Below, piece after piece: positions 26,869 to 35,854 of a stretch of 64,000 nucleotides of DNA; position 1 is the first letter of the stretch, and every line of letters starts with the position of its first letter. This DNA comes from Acidimicrobiia bacterium (lineage in GTDB: Bacteria > Actinomycetota > Acidimicrobiia > Acidimicrobiales > JANYDT01): positions 262 to 64,261 of the forward strand of contig JANMZO010000266.1 in the NCBI GenBank assembly GCA_031383405.1. Direction: 5' to 3'. The notes beneath the pieces are model-generated. The model was not told the DNA's origin and ran no database searches. It saw only the letters and a list, made by a program, of their open reading frames with translations. The position numbers and the translations under genes are program-made.

Positions 26869-29394
26869 ATGGCAGAAGCCAAAACCGTTTCGGCGCCGAT
26901 CAGCGGCACGAACAAAACCATGACGTTCTCGACCGGCAAACTTGCTCAGCAGAGCCAGGGCGCCGTAGTCGCCACCTTGGGCGGCACGTCCGTCCTCACC
27001 ACCGCCAACGCTGCCAAAGGCGTCCGCGAGGGTATCGATTTCTTCCCGCTCACGATCGACGTCGAGGAGCGGGCTTATGCAGCCGGCAAGATCCCCGGTT
27101 CGTTCTTCCGTCGTGAAGGCCGTCCGACCGACGCCGCGATTCTTACCTGCCGCCTCACCGACCGCCCGCTGCGCCCGGCCTTTCCTGACGGCTTCCGCAA
27201 CGAGACCCAGGTTGTGATCACCGTCATCGGTGCCGACCAGATCAACCCCCACGACGTTCTCTCGATCAACTCGGCCTCGGCCGCGCTGATGATCTCGGGT
27301 ATTCCGTTTGAAGGTCCGATCGGTGCTGTTCGCATCGCATACTCGACGGAGGGTGAATGGATCCCGCATCCGACCTTCGAAGAAGGCGCCGCCAGCACGT
27401 TCGAGTTGGTCGTCGCCGGCCGCCTCGTTGAGGAGGGCGAGTACAAGGGCGACGTCGCCATCATGATGGTCGAGGCCGGTGGCACCGAAACCGCTTGGGC
27501 TTCCTACGAAGGGGGCGCCCCGAAGGTCACTGAGGATGTGGTGGCCGATGGCCTCATGGCGGCGAAGACCTGGATCAAAGAATCGATCGCCCTCCAGAAA
27601 GAACTTGTCAGCGTCGCCGGGTCGCGTCCGACCATGAGCTACACGCCCGTTCTCGACTATGGCGACGACGTGATGAAGGCAGTTGAGAAGGTCGGGAAGA
27701 AGATCCTCGATCCGGTCACCCAGATCATCATCAAGGCCGAACGCAACGCCGCCACCGACGCCGCGACCATCGAAATCCTGGCCAAGCTCTCAGGCGATTT
27801 CGCCGGCAGGGAGAAGGAAATCAAGGAAGCCGTTCGTTCGCTGACGAAGAAGATGGTCCGCAACCGCGTCGTGAAGACCGGTATCCGCATGGATGGCCGG
27901 GGTCCGAGAGACCTGCGTCCGGTCAGCGCGGAAGTCGGCCTCATCCCGACCGCTCACGGCACCGGCCTGTTCCAGCGCGGCGAAACGCAGGTGCTGAATG
28001 TATGCACACTTGCCATGCCGAAGATGAACCAAATGCTCGACACGCTCGAGCCGGTCACGAAGAAGTACTTCATGCACCACTACAACATGCCACCCTCGGC
28101 CAACGGTGAAACAGGTCGCGTCGGTTCGCCGAAGCGGCGGGAAATCGGCCACGGCAAGTTGGCCGAACGTGCACTTCTCCCCGTGGTTCCGAGTCAGGAA
28201 GAGTTCAGTTACGCGCTGCGTCTCGTTTCGGAAGTCTTGGCGTCCAACGGTTCGACCTCGATGGGTTCGGTCTGCTCGGCATCGCTGTCGCTCATGGATG
28301 CCGGTGTGCCGATAAAGGCCGCTGTCGCGGGTATTGCGATGGGCCTGATCTTCGACGACGGTAAGTACACAACGCTTACCGACATTCTCGGTTCCGAAGA
28401 CGCCTTCGGCGACATGGACTTCAAGGTGGCCGGTACGTCGGAATTCGTGACCGCTCTGCAGCTCGACACCAAGATCGACGGCATCCCGACCGATGTTCTC
28501 GCCGCTGCGCTCCAGCAGGCCAAAGAAGCCCGGCTCGCGATCCTCGCGGTCATGAACGCGGCGATCTCGGCTCCCCGTAGCGAGGTCAACGAGACCGCAC
28601 CGAAGATCGTGTCGTTCGAGATCCCCATGGACAAGATCGGCGAGGTGATCGGCCCGAAGGGCAAGGTCATCAACGCCATGCAGCAAGAGACCGGCGCCGA
28701 CATCACCATCGACGACGATGGCCGCGTCGGCATCGTGTCGATCGGTTCGGTGAACGGCGCTGCCGTCACCGAAGCCCGTCGTCGTATCGAGTTGATCCTC
28801 GATCCGCCCAAGGCTGAAGTTGGTGCCATCTACATGGGCAGGGTTGTTTCCACGACCAAGTTCGGCGCATTCATCAATATCCTCCCCGGCCGCGATGGTC
28901 TGTTGCACATCTCGAAGATCGGCAAGGGCCAGCGGGTCAACAACGTCGAAGACGTCGTAAACCTGGGCGATGCCGTCGAGGTTCGCGTCGACGACATCGA
29001 CGCTCAGGGCAAGGTTTCGCTCAGTTGGGCCGATCAGCCGGCAAGCGAGCCGGGTTCGGGCCGCGAGGACCGCGCGCCACGCGAGGATCGTGGAGATCGT
29101 GGAGATCGTGGAGACCGTGGTGGTCGCGACGGTCGCGACGGTGGCCGTGGTGGTCGCGACAGTGGGCGCGATGGTGGCCGTCCCGAACGTGCCCCCCGGG
29201 CTGACCGGGTCGAGGCTTCGGCCGGTGGCGCTCCCGTTGTGAGCTTCGAGGAGTCGTTTGATGCGGAGATCGCCGCTGAGTTCGGTGACCTCGGTCCGGC
29301 ACCGGCCGAAGGTGACGCCGGTGCTTCCCGAAGCGGAGGCGACCGGGGCGACAGTGGCCCGCGCCGCAACCGCAGCCGCGGTCCCCGCCGCTAA
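26869..29394 (+). CDS. pnp: polyribonucleotide nucleotidyltransferase (PNPase) with an RG-rich C-terminal extension
   Basis: Two RNase PH domains, KH (IGEVIGPKGKVINAMQ) and S1 (GRVVSTTKFGAFINILPGRDGLLHIS). I chose ATG 26869 (MAEAKTV...). About 841 aa. Confidence 0.93.
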   Translation: MAEAKTVSAPISGTNKTMTFSTGKLAQQSQGAVVATLGGTSVLTTANAAKGVREGIDFFPLTIDVEERAYAAGKIPGSFFRREGRPTDAAILTCRLTDRPLRPAFPDGFRNETQVVITVIGADQINPHDVLSINSASAALMISGIPFEGPIGAVRIAYSTEGEWIPHPTFEEGAASTFELVVAGRLVEEGEYKGDVAIMMVEAGGTETAWASYEGGAPKVTEDVVADGLMAAKTWIKESIALQKELVSVAGSRPTMSYTPVLDYGDDVMKAVEKVGKKILDPVTQIIIKAERNAATDAATIEILAKLSGDFAGREKEIKEAVRSLTKKMVRNRVVKTGIRMDGRGPRDLRPVSAEVGLIPTAHGTGLFQRGETQVLNVCTLAMPKMNQMLDTLEPVTKKYFMHHYNMPPSANGETGRVGSPKRREIGHGKLAERALLPVVPSQEEFSYALRLVSEVLASNGSTSMGSVCSASLSLMDAGVPIKAAVAGIAMGLIFDDGKYTTLTDILGSEDAFGDMDFKVAGTSEFVTALQLDTKIDGIPTDVLAAALQQAKEARLAILAVMNAAISAPRSEVNETAPKIVSFEIPMDKIGEVIGPKGKVINAMQQETGADITIDDDGRVGIVSIGSVNGAAVTEARRRIELILDPPKAEVGAIYMGRVVSTTKFGAFINILPGRDGLLHISKIGKGQRVNNVEDVVNLGDAVEVRVDDIDAQGKVSLSWADQPASEPGSGREDRAPREDRGDRGDRGDRGGRDGRDGGRGGRDSGRDGGRPERAPRADRVEASAGGAPVVSFEESFDAEIAAEFGDLGPAPAEGDAGASRSGGDRGDSGPRRNRSRGPRR
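29086..29160 (+). repeat. 9-bp periodic in-frame repeat (gatcgtgga x3, then ggtcgcgac-type units) encoding DRG/GRD repeats
   Basis: Read directly. Encodes DRGDRGDRGDRGGRDGRDGGRGGRD in the PNPase tail. Confidence 0.85.
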
Positions 29395-29412
29395 CGGCCA
29401 GCAGACTCTGAC

Positions 29413-29445
29413 GGAAGGCCGGGCCCGAATGCGGCCCGGCCTTCC
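29413..29445 (+). terminator. pnp terminator-like stem-loop (ggaaggccgggc / gcccggccttcc)
   Basis: Perfect 12-bp stem 19 nt after the pnp stop. Confidence 0.6.
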
Positions 29446-29618
29446 TCGCGTTCCGGCATGGAACTCGGACGATCCAGCACCCGACTCGCCGGTAGCCGCT
29501 CCCGACCGGCCGTCGTGGGTCTCCCAACTACGTGATCTGTGTGGGTGGATGCGGATGTTTCTGCATGAGTTGGGGACGTTACTAAAGGGGGTGTCCCGGA
29601 GCCACGAAGACGAAGCAA

Positions 29619-30554
29619 TTAGAACTGACCGAAGAAGGCGGCGACCTCCCGACTCTCGCCGGGGCGGCGGGTCCAGACGTTGGCAAGGCGCCACCCGTCC
29701 CATTTGTGGGCGTTGTTGAGGTACTCGATGGTCTTCATCGGGACCGCGCAACGGTCGTAGGTCGTCGTGACCCGTGCGTCGGTCCGTACGATCAGGCCCG
29801 CCTCAGAGGATGGGCAGCCGTTCACATTGCGCCAGACCCTGACGGTATCGCGAAAGCCGATCCAGTCGAACTCGGGATCGCCGGGTGCGATGCCGCCCTG
29901 GTAACGGACCCGCTGGTCCTTCGCTCCATGCATCAGCAGTATCGGCACGGGACCCGTGGGTTTGAGCGAGTTCTGCGTCGTGCCGATCGTGCCCGATCCA
30001 ACCGCGATCGCCCGCACCAAGGATGGGTTCTCGGTCGCAAACCGCTGCGCCATGAACGCACCGTTGGAGAAGCCGACCATGAACACCCGGTCCCTGGGAA
30101 CGTTGTACTCAGCGACGAGTCTTTCAATAAGCGTTCGCAGGAATCCGACGTCGTCGGCGTTCTGCTTCCAGCCGCTGCCGCAGCAGAACTGGGCGTTCCA
30201 GCCGGGTGGCAACCCTTGCCTGGTTGGCGACACAGCGTCGGGGTACACGACGACGACTTCTGCTGGGAAGGCGTTGTGTAGGGCGGTGTAATACGCCAGT
30301 TGGCGCCCGTCGCCCCCGAACCCGTGCAGGGCGACGACGAGGCTCTTCGGCTTAGTCGTGGCACCGTGCCGCCCGCTGACAAGGTAGTTGCGTTTCGAAC
30401 CCTGAAACTCAAATGATGACTTGCGACCGAGGAGAACGGAGCGGTCGCGGCCGGTGAAGACGACGAACACGGTCAAGCCAAGAAGCAGGAGCACCGCAGC
30501 CAAAACTCCACTAAGAACGACCACGAACCTCTTCCATCTCTTTTTCAACGCCAA
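29619..30554 (-). CDS. PHB depolymerase family esterase (LpqC-like alpha/beta hydrolase), membrane-anchored or secreted
   Basis: N-terminal TM segment, HGFGGDG, the nucleophile elbow GFSNGAFMAQRF, and a CCGSGW motif typical of COG3509-type esterases. Confidence 0.72.
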   Translation of the reverse strand: MALKKRWKRFVVVLSGVLAAVLLLLGLTVFVVFTGRDRSVLLGRKSSFEFQGSKRNYLVSGRHGATTKPKSLVVALHGFGGDGRQLAYYTALHNAFPAEVVVVYPDAVSPTRQGLPPGWNAQFCCGSGWKQNADDVGFLRTLIERLVAEYNVPRDRVFMVGFSNGAFMAQRFATENPSLVRAIAVGSGTIGTTQNSLKPTGPVPILLMHGAKDQRVRYQGGIAPGDPEFDWIGFRDTVRVWRNVNGCPSSEAGLIVRTDARVTTTYDRCAVPMKTIEYLNNAHKWDGWRLANVWTRRPGESREVAAFFGQF

Positions 30555-30629
30555 GCACCCGAGAGTAGTGGGTCCTCTCGGCCTATCGCCTCACCACCCC
30601 GGCAAGGCTGCACTAACGTCGTACCCCTC

Positions 30630-31916
30630 ATGGCTCGCTTCGAAGAACACGTCCGCTCTACCCAACTCGAATCGGGCGTTACGGTGGTCACCGAACATAT
30701 GCCTAGCTCGCTCTCCGTTACGACGGGGGTCTGGGTCAACGTGGGAAGTCGCGACGAGCTTCCAGCGCAGGCCGGGTGCTCACACTTCCTGGAGCATCTT
30801 CTGTTCAAGGGAACCGATTCCCGCAACGCACTTGACATCGCGCAGGCCATCGACGCGGTCGGAGGGGAAATGAACGCGTACACGACGAAGGAGTACACGG
30901 CCTTCTACACCCGCACCGTGGCCGACGACGCGGCGCTCAGCCTCGACATCCTCTGCGACATTGTGAGTCGCCCGGCGCTTCGGTCGGAGGAAGTCGATTC
31001 CGAACGGCAGGTCATCCTCGAAGAGATCGCTATGCGCGCGGATGATCCGGGTGACCTTGTGCACGACGTCATTCACGAGTCGATCTTTCCCGGCCACGGG
31101 CTCGGGAGAGACACCGCTGGCACCGTTGAGACCGTTGCAGCCACGACCCGCGGGCACATCGAAGACTTCCTTGATACTACGTACACCTATGATTCGATCG
31201 TCGTCGCGGTAGCTGGAGCCGTCGATCACGAGTCGACCGTGCAACAGGTGCGTGAGCAGCTCCGTCGCGCGCCCGCCGGTGAGTCGGCCCAACGTGAACG
31301 ACCGCTGGCGCCCAGGATTGCGTGCACGGTCGTTGAGGACGACACCGAGCAGACCCACATGGTGATTGCCTTCCCGGGCATGACCCGTGATGACCCCGAT
31401 CGCTTTGCGATGAGTGTGCTGGATCACGTGTTGGGCGGTGGGATGTCGAGCCGGCTGTTCCACGAGATCCGTGAGAAGCGCGGCTTGGCGTATTCCGTCT
31501 ACTCGTACCGTGCGTCGTATGCCGACGCCGGATTCGTCGGCATCTACGCGGGTACCGCCCCGAAGCGCACGATCGAGGTCCTCGACCTCATTGCGAGTGA
31601 ACTGGATCGGCTCCGACTGCACAGCCTCACCGATGAAGAACTCCGTCGGGCAAAAGGGTCGGTTCGGGGTGCGACGGCACTCAGCTTGGAGGACTCGGGC
31701 GCGCGCATGACCCGGATCGGTCGCGGCCAGCTTCTGATGGGTGAGATCACCCCGGTCGAGGAACTGCTGGCCAGAACGGAATCGGTGAGCGCCGCCGATA
31801 TCCAACGCGTGATCGAGCGGTTCCTCTCGGGACCGGCATGTATCGCTGCCGTGGGGCCGCTCGCAATGGCTGATATCGCCGATCATCCGCTACTTTCGAA
31901 CCCGAGCCGCAACTGA
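30630..31916 (+). CDS. M16 family zinc metallopeptidase (pitrilysin-like)
   Basis: HxxEH motif (HFLEHLLFKGT). Conserved position downstream of pnp in Actinomycetota. Confidence 0.88.
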   Translation: MARFEEHVRSTQLESGVTVVTEHMPSSLSVTTGVWVNVGSRDELPAQAGCSHFLEHLLFKGTDSRNALDIAQAIDAVGGEMNAYTTKEYTAFYTRTVADDAALSLDILCDIVSRPALRSEEVDSERQVILEEIAMRADDPGDLVHDVIHESIFPGHGLGRDTAGTVETVAATTRGHIEDFLDTTYTYDSIVVAVAGAVDHESTVQQVREQLRRAPAGESAQRERPLAPRIACTVVEDDTEQTHMVIAFPGMTRDDPDRFAMSVLDHVLGGGMSSRLFHEIREKRGLAYSVYSYRASYADAGFVGIYAGTAPKRTIEVLDLIASELDRLRLHSLTDEELRRAKGSVRGATALSLEDSGARMTRIGRGQLLMGEITPVEELLARTESVSAADIQRVIERFLSGPACIAAVGPLAMADIADHPLLSNPSRN

Positions 31917-31961
31917 CCTTGCCGAAACTCATAGGATCAAAGGACCAAAGGACCTTCAAAC

Positions 31962-32744
31962 ATGCGTGTTGTAGTTTTTGGAGCAGCGGGCCGAATGGGC
32001 GCCGAAGTGTGCCGCACGGTGCACGCCGACCCCGACCTCGAACTTGTTGCCGCCGTTGATCCGTTCCATGCCGGAAAGGACCTTCGGGCCGTCACCGGCG
32101 GAGTGCACATCGCAGGAATGCAGATTGCCGCGACCGGCGATGAGATCCTGCGCACGAACCCCGACGTGTGCGTCGACTTCACCCATCTCGACGCCGCAGT
32201 CCCGAACATTTTGTGGTGCGCCGAGAACGGGGTCCACTGCGTTGTCGGAACGACCGGTTTCACAGAGGCGCACATCGCTTCATTCAGGGAAGCGTTCACG
32301 AAGAGCAATTGCCTGATTGCCGCGAACTTTGCGATCGGTGCCATCTTGATGATGCGCTTTGCTGAGCAGGCTGCTCCGTACTTCGAGACCGCCGAGGTCA
32401 TTGAGTTCCATCATGACCAGAAGATCGACGCCCCGTCAGGCACCGCCATGGCCACCGTGGCACGGATGGCGGCCGCGAAGAATGCGTGGGCCGAGGATCC
32501 GACCAGGAAGGAGGTCCTTGCGGGTAGCCGTGGGGGTCGGGGGGCTGGTGACATCCGGATCCACGCGGTGCGGATGCGCGGCATGGTCGCAAGCCAGGAG
32601 GTAATCCTTGGCACCACCGGTCAGACACTGGTGATCCGTCACGACACCACAGACCGTACGAGCTTCATGCCCGGCGTGTTGATCGGCGTGAAGAAGATCG
32701 CTCATCACCCGGGCGTGACGTTCGGGCTCGACAGCTTCCTCTAG
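31962..32744 (+). CDS. dapB: 4-hydroxy-tetrahydrodipicolinate reductase
   Basis: MRVVVFGAAGRMG Rossmann motif and the E(F)HHxxKxDAPSGTA motif (EFHHDQKIDAPSGTA). Confidence 0.92.
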   Translation: MRVVVFGAAGRMGAEVCRTVHADPDLELVAAVDPFHAGKDLRAVTGGVHIAGMQIAATGDEILRTNPDVCVDFTHLDAAVPNILWCAENGVHCVVGTTGFTEAHIASFREAFTKSNCLIAANFAIGAILMMRFAEQAAPYFETAEVIEFHHDQKIDAPSGTAMATVARMAAAKNAWAEDPTRKEVLAGSRGGRGAGDIRIHAVRMRGMVASQEVILGTTGQTLVIRHDTTDRTSFMPGVLIGVKKIAHHPGVTFGLDSFL

Positions 32745-32776
32745 ATCTCTTGGGGGCGCAGCCCCCGAAGATCTAG
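32741..32776. terminator. imperfect palindromic stem-loop between convergent genes (ctagatct..gggggc gca gccccc..agatctag)
   Basis: Read directly. Overlaps the dapB stop codon. Confidence 0.5.
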
Positions 32777-32808
32777 CAGGGTTATGAAAACCAACGCCGA
32801 AGCCTCTC

Positions 32809-33480
32809 CTACTTCTTGAAGAAGCCCTTCACCGCGCCCGCCCGCTTGGACCCGATTCGCAACACGATGATTACGGTGGTGGTGACTGTGAGGACCAACA
32901 GCCACTTCGAGTATTTCGCGTTGAAGCTCAGGAATGAGTTGATCGGTCCTTCGACCTGTTTGGAGAACAGTCGCAATGACGCAACCACGGCAACTGTGCC
33001 GATCACGTCGAGGGTGAAGAAGCGCTTCGGGTTGAGGCGGGCCGCCCCGGCCAGGACGCAGATGATAGGTCCGGCGAAGAACAGGGCCATGACCGTGCCG
33101 GCCTTAACGAAGAAGTTACGGGTCGAGTCCATCGCCGGCTTGCCGAGAGCGTCTTCAAAAAAAGCGATCGCCCGATCGCCGTAGATCCAGCCCAGCAGGA
33201 AGTAGATCGGGTCGGAGGCGAGAAGGCGGATCACGCCGATGCCCATGAACGGCAGCAGGTCAACCTTCGGCGAAGCGATAACCATGTACCGGTATCTGGG
33301 TGACAGGGCCATCAGCGTGAGCGGATGGTTCTTGAGCAATTCCGGAGCCGCTCCGCCGGTGGCGAAGCCGAGGATCCACAGGCCGGCGACACAGGCGATG
33401 AGAGCGCCCCCGAGCCACTTGGGGTGGCCGGACGAGTCGGGGGATTCCAGGGTCTCTGACTCCACGTTCTCGTTGTCCAT
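32809..33480 (-). CDS. hypothetical integral membrane protein (possibly DedA/VTT-like)
   Basis: 223 aa with about 5 hydrophobic segments. The family assignment is weak. Confidence 0.5.
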   Translation of the reverse strand: MDNENVESETLESPDSSGHPKWLGGALIACVAGLWILGFATGGAAPELLKNHPLTLMALSPRYRYMVIASPKVDLLPFMGIGVIRLLASDPIYFLLGWIYGDRAIAFFEDALGKPAMDSTRNFFVKAGTVMALFFAGPIICVLAGAARLNPKRFFTLDVIGTVAVVASLRLFSKQVEGPINSFLSFNAKYSKWLLVLTVTTTVIIVLRIGSKRAGAVKGFFKK

Positions 33481-33614
33481 GATCCATCGACGCTACTTGG
33501 TCCCGATTGCGAGGCGCGTCACGTCGGTTGGGTCACTGGTGCACTGAAGCGGAAGTGCGTTGAATGTCGAGGGGGAAGAAATCCCGGTTTACGGCCGTGG
33601 CCCGCGTGTGACGT

Positions 33615-34622
33615 TCAGGCGGCAGGCGCGACTGCGGAGCTCAACGCGGTCTCGATTGCCGTTTCCTGTCGGCTGGTCAGCCGACGCCACAACGCCACGT
33701 AGCTGTGGTGCACGAGTCCGTCGGGAAAATATCCGGCCGCTTCGAGCTCGTCGTGGAAACGGGGAAGGTTGCGCCACGTGACGCCCGCGTCGAGGTGGTG
33801 GGCGATGTGCCATCCGGTGTGGAAGGGGACCATCCAGAACCTGGCCATCAGGCCCTGCTTGCAGTGGTGGGTGACGAGGCGCTCGTCGGAACTGGCGGTC
33901 ATGCCCCCGTGCTCGGCGATTGCCCGCAACCGGTTGATCACCCGCCACACCGTCATCCACGGAGCGAACCACAGAACCGGCCAAGCCCACCAACCGACGG
34001 TGAACGAGAGAACAACGATCAAGACAATCTGCACACTTAGGATCTTGACAACCGACATGCGGGCGATTGGACTCCTGAGGCCTCGGAGTAAGCCGCGGAA
34101 TATCTTGAGACCTGACTGTCCGCTGGCATCGCGACGCATTTTGCGGATGAATGAAGCCTTGGTTATCGGGTAACCCGCGTAGAGGGATTTGTCGGGCTCA
34201 TCGGGTCCGAGCGCATTGCGATGGTGCGCCATGTGCGATCGCCGGTACGCTCCCTGGGAGACGAATGCGGGCGCGTTGACGAGCCACACCCCGGCGAGGT
34301 CATTGAGTTTCTGGCTCGAGAAGAGGAGACGGTGGGCCGACTCATGCCCGAGGATGCCGAAGAGTCCGTGACCGCGGCCCATGAGGACGAAAACCGGAAT
34401 CCAAAGCGGCCACCATCGGGTCTGCGACACGACCCACTGCGTGCCGAGAATGAGACCGAGCGTCTGCGACCACACGGAGACGATGGTCAGAACGTTGCGG
34501 ACGTTTGCTATGCGGCGCAGGTCGGCCCTCATCGGCATGTGTGCCATCCCTCTCGCGTTCAACCGTTCCGTCGGAAGAACCTCGGGCAGGAGTCGGGCAT
34601 CGGGCAGCATGGTGATGGCCAT
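33615..34622 (-). CDS. membrane fatty acid desaturase family protein
   Basis: Three His boxes (HESAHR, HMAHHR, HIAHHLD). Start ambiguous (34658, 34622 or 34607), and I chose MAITML at 34622. Confidence 0.78.
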   Translation of the reverse strand: MAITMLPDARLLPEVLPTERLNARGMAHMPMRADLRRIANVRNVLTIVSVWSQTLGLILGTQWVVSQTRWWPLWIPVFVLMGRGHGLFGILGHESAHRLLFSSQKLNDLAGVWLVNAPAFVSQGAYRRSHMAHHRNALGPDEPDKSLYAGYPITKASFIRKMRRDASGQSGLKIFRGLLRGLRSPIARMSVVKILSVQIVLIVVLSFTVGWWAWPVLWFAPWMTVWRVINRLRAIAEHGGMTASSDERLVTHHCKQGLMARFWMVPFHTGWHIAHHLDAGVTWRNLPRFHDELEAAGYFPDGLVHHSYVALWRRLTSRQETAIETALSSAVAPAA

Positions 34623-34667
34623 GCGGATTATATTACATTGTGTAGTCAAATGAAGCAAGTTAGTAAC

Positions 34668-34698
34668 AACGAACCCAACGAACCCAACGAACCCAACG
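34668..34698. repeat. 9-bp tandem repeat (aacgaaccc, ~3.4 copies)
   Basis: Read directly. It is either 5' UTR/promoter DNA or encodes NEPNEPNEPN if the PaaX-like gene starts at ATG 34650. Confidence 0.85.
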
Positions 34699-34700
34699 CT

Positions 34701-35474
34701 GTGGCGACCCTGCGTCCGCTAAGCGCGAGGTCGGTTATTGCCAGTACCTTGCTCGGCACGCGCCCGCCGTCACTTCCGGGTCGGCAGTTGGTCCGGTCGT
34801 GCGAGATCCTCGGGATAGCCGGAGGAACAGCCCGGGTGGCGATGACGCGAATGGTCGCCACGGGTGAGTTGGCGGTGGAGGATGGTCGTTACACGTTGAT
34901 CGGACCGCTGCGGGAACGCCAGCGTCGGCAGGACGAGAGTCTGCAAGGTGCTTCGGATCCCGAAGCCGGCTCACACGGTGCCCCATGGTCATTGTTCGTG
35001 ATCGATGGGGGCGGGCCCCGGTCGGCAGGCGAGCGTTCGATGCTCCGGACCACGCTTCTCCGATATCGCTACGGCGAAGTACGTGAAGGCGTGTGGTCCC
35101 GTCCGGCGAACCTTTCGACGCTAGATCACGCGCGAGCGGCCATCGCAACCCACGCCGCACATTGGCTGGCCGCCCCGGACGATGCACCCTCGCTGGTCGG
35201 CGCCCTGTGGGATCTGGGGTCCTGGTCGAATGAGGCGCAGCGCCTCCGCGACGCGATGAATCGGGGCAAGCGGGACCTCAACCGTTCCCGGAGCGACACC
35301 CTGCCGGAGAACTTCGCTCTCGACGCAGCGGTTATCCGTCACCTTCAGGCCGACCCCCTGCTCCCGTCGGCGCTGTTACCCGCCGACTGGCCCGGACGGG
35401 ACCTGCGGCTCGAGCGCGAGACGTTCGATGCAGCGTTCAACCGCGTGTGGCGCGCCGCCCTGCGGTTCGCATGA
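34701..35474 (+). CDS. PaaX family transcriptional regulator
   Basis: LRPLSARSVIASTLLG...ARVAMTRMVATGEL wHTH typical of the PaaX N-terminus. I prefer GTG 34701 (alternative ATG 34650). Confidence 0.72.
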   Translation: MATLRPLSARSVIASTLLGTRPPSLPGRQLVRSCEILGIAGGTARVAMTRMVATGELAVEDGRYTLIGPLRERQRRQDESLQGASDPEAGSHGAPWSLFVIDGGGPRSAGERSMLRTTLLRYRYGEVREGVWSRPANLSTLDHARAAIATHAAHWLAAPDDAPSLVGALWDLGSWSNEAQRLRDAMNRGKRDLNRSRSDTLPENFALDAAVIRHLQADPLLPSALLPADWPGRDLRLERETFDAAFNRVWRAALRFA

Positions 35475-35854
35475 TTCATCGTCCCGCTGTTTGATGGCGG
35501 TGGGCCCGGCCTCCACTTCGTTTCGGCACCCACCGCTGTCGGCCGTTCATTCGGGCTCAGAGCTGCACTTACTCGCTACGCTCGCTCTTTCCGCTTTCGC
35601 CGACGGCCAGCTTCCAACGTCGTTTCGCTAGGGCCCCGGTCAAGTATGCGGCTCGCGTGATTTTATGGTCCACGGTCAAGCATCGCGAGCGCCCGATCTG
35701 ACTGCGCCGCCGGCGGGCCCCGGCGCCGGAGCGCTCCTGTGCGTGGGCTCTCCGACTCACCGCTGTGCGTCTGCGTGATGTGGCTGTCATCGTTCTCTCA
35801 GTTCATTGACGTTACGCTTCGGGCGTCCCTTCTCTGCGTAGAGCCCCGTTCGCC

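Noticed and set aside
27790-29751. 653-aa minus-strand ORF antisense to pnp. Similar long antisense ORFs occur at 13477-14748, 20832-21989, 22100-23284, 41580-43067, 45509-46909 and 62950-63933.
   Set aside because: Each lies opposite a gene with unmistakable family motifs. Their products are Arg/Gly/Pro/Val-rich with no motifs. Long stop-free antisense frames are an expected artefact of high GC content.
35569-35790. 73-aa minus-strand ORF in the 380-bp gap.
   Set aside because: Its product is extremely Arg/Ala/Ser-rich, it has no SD and no recognisable fold, and it is indistinguishable from a random open frame in GC-rich DNA.
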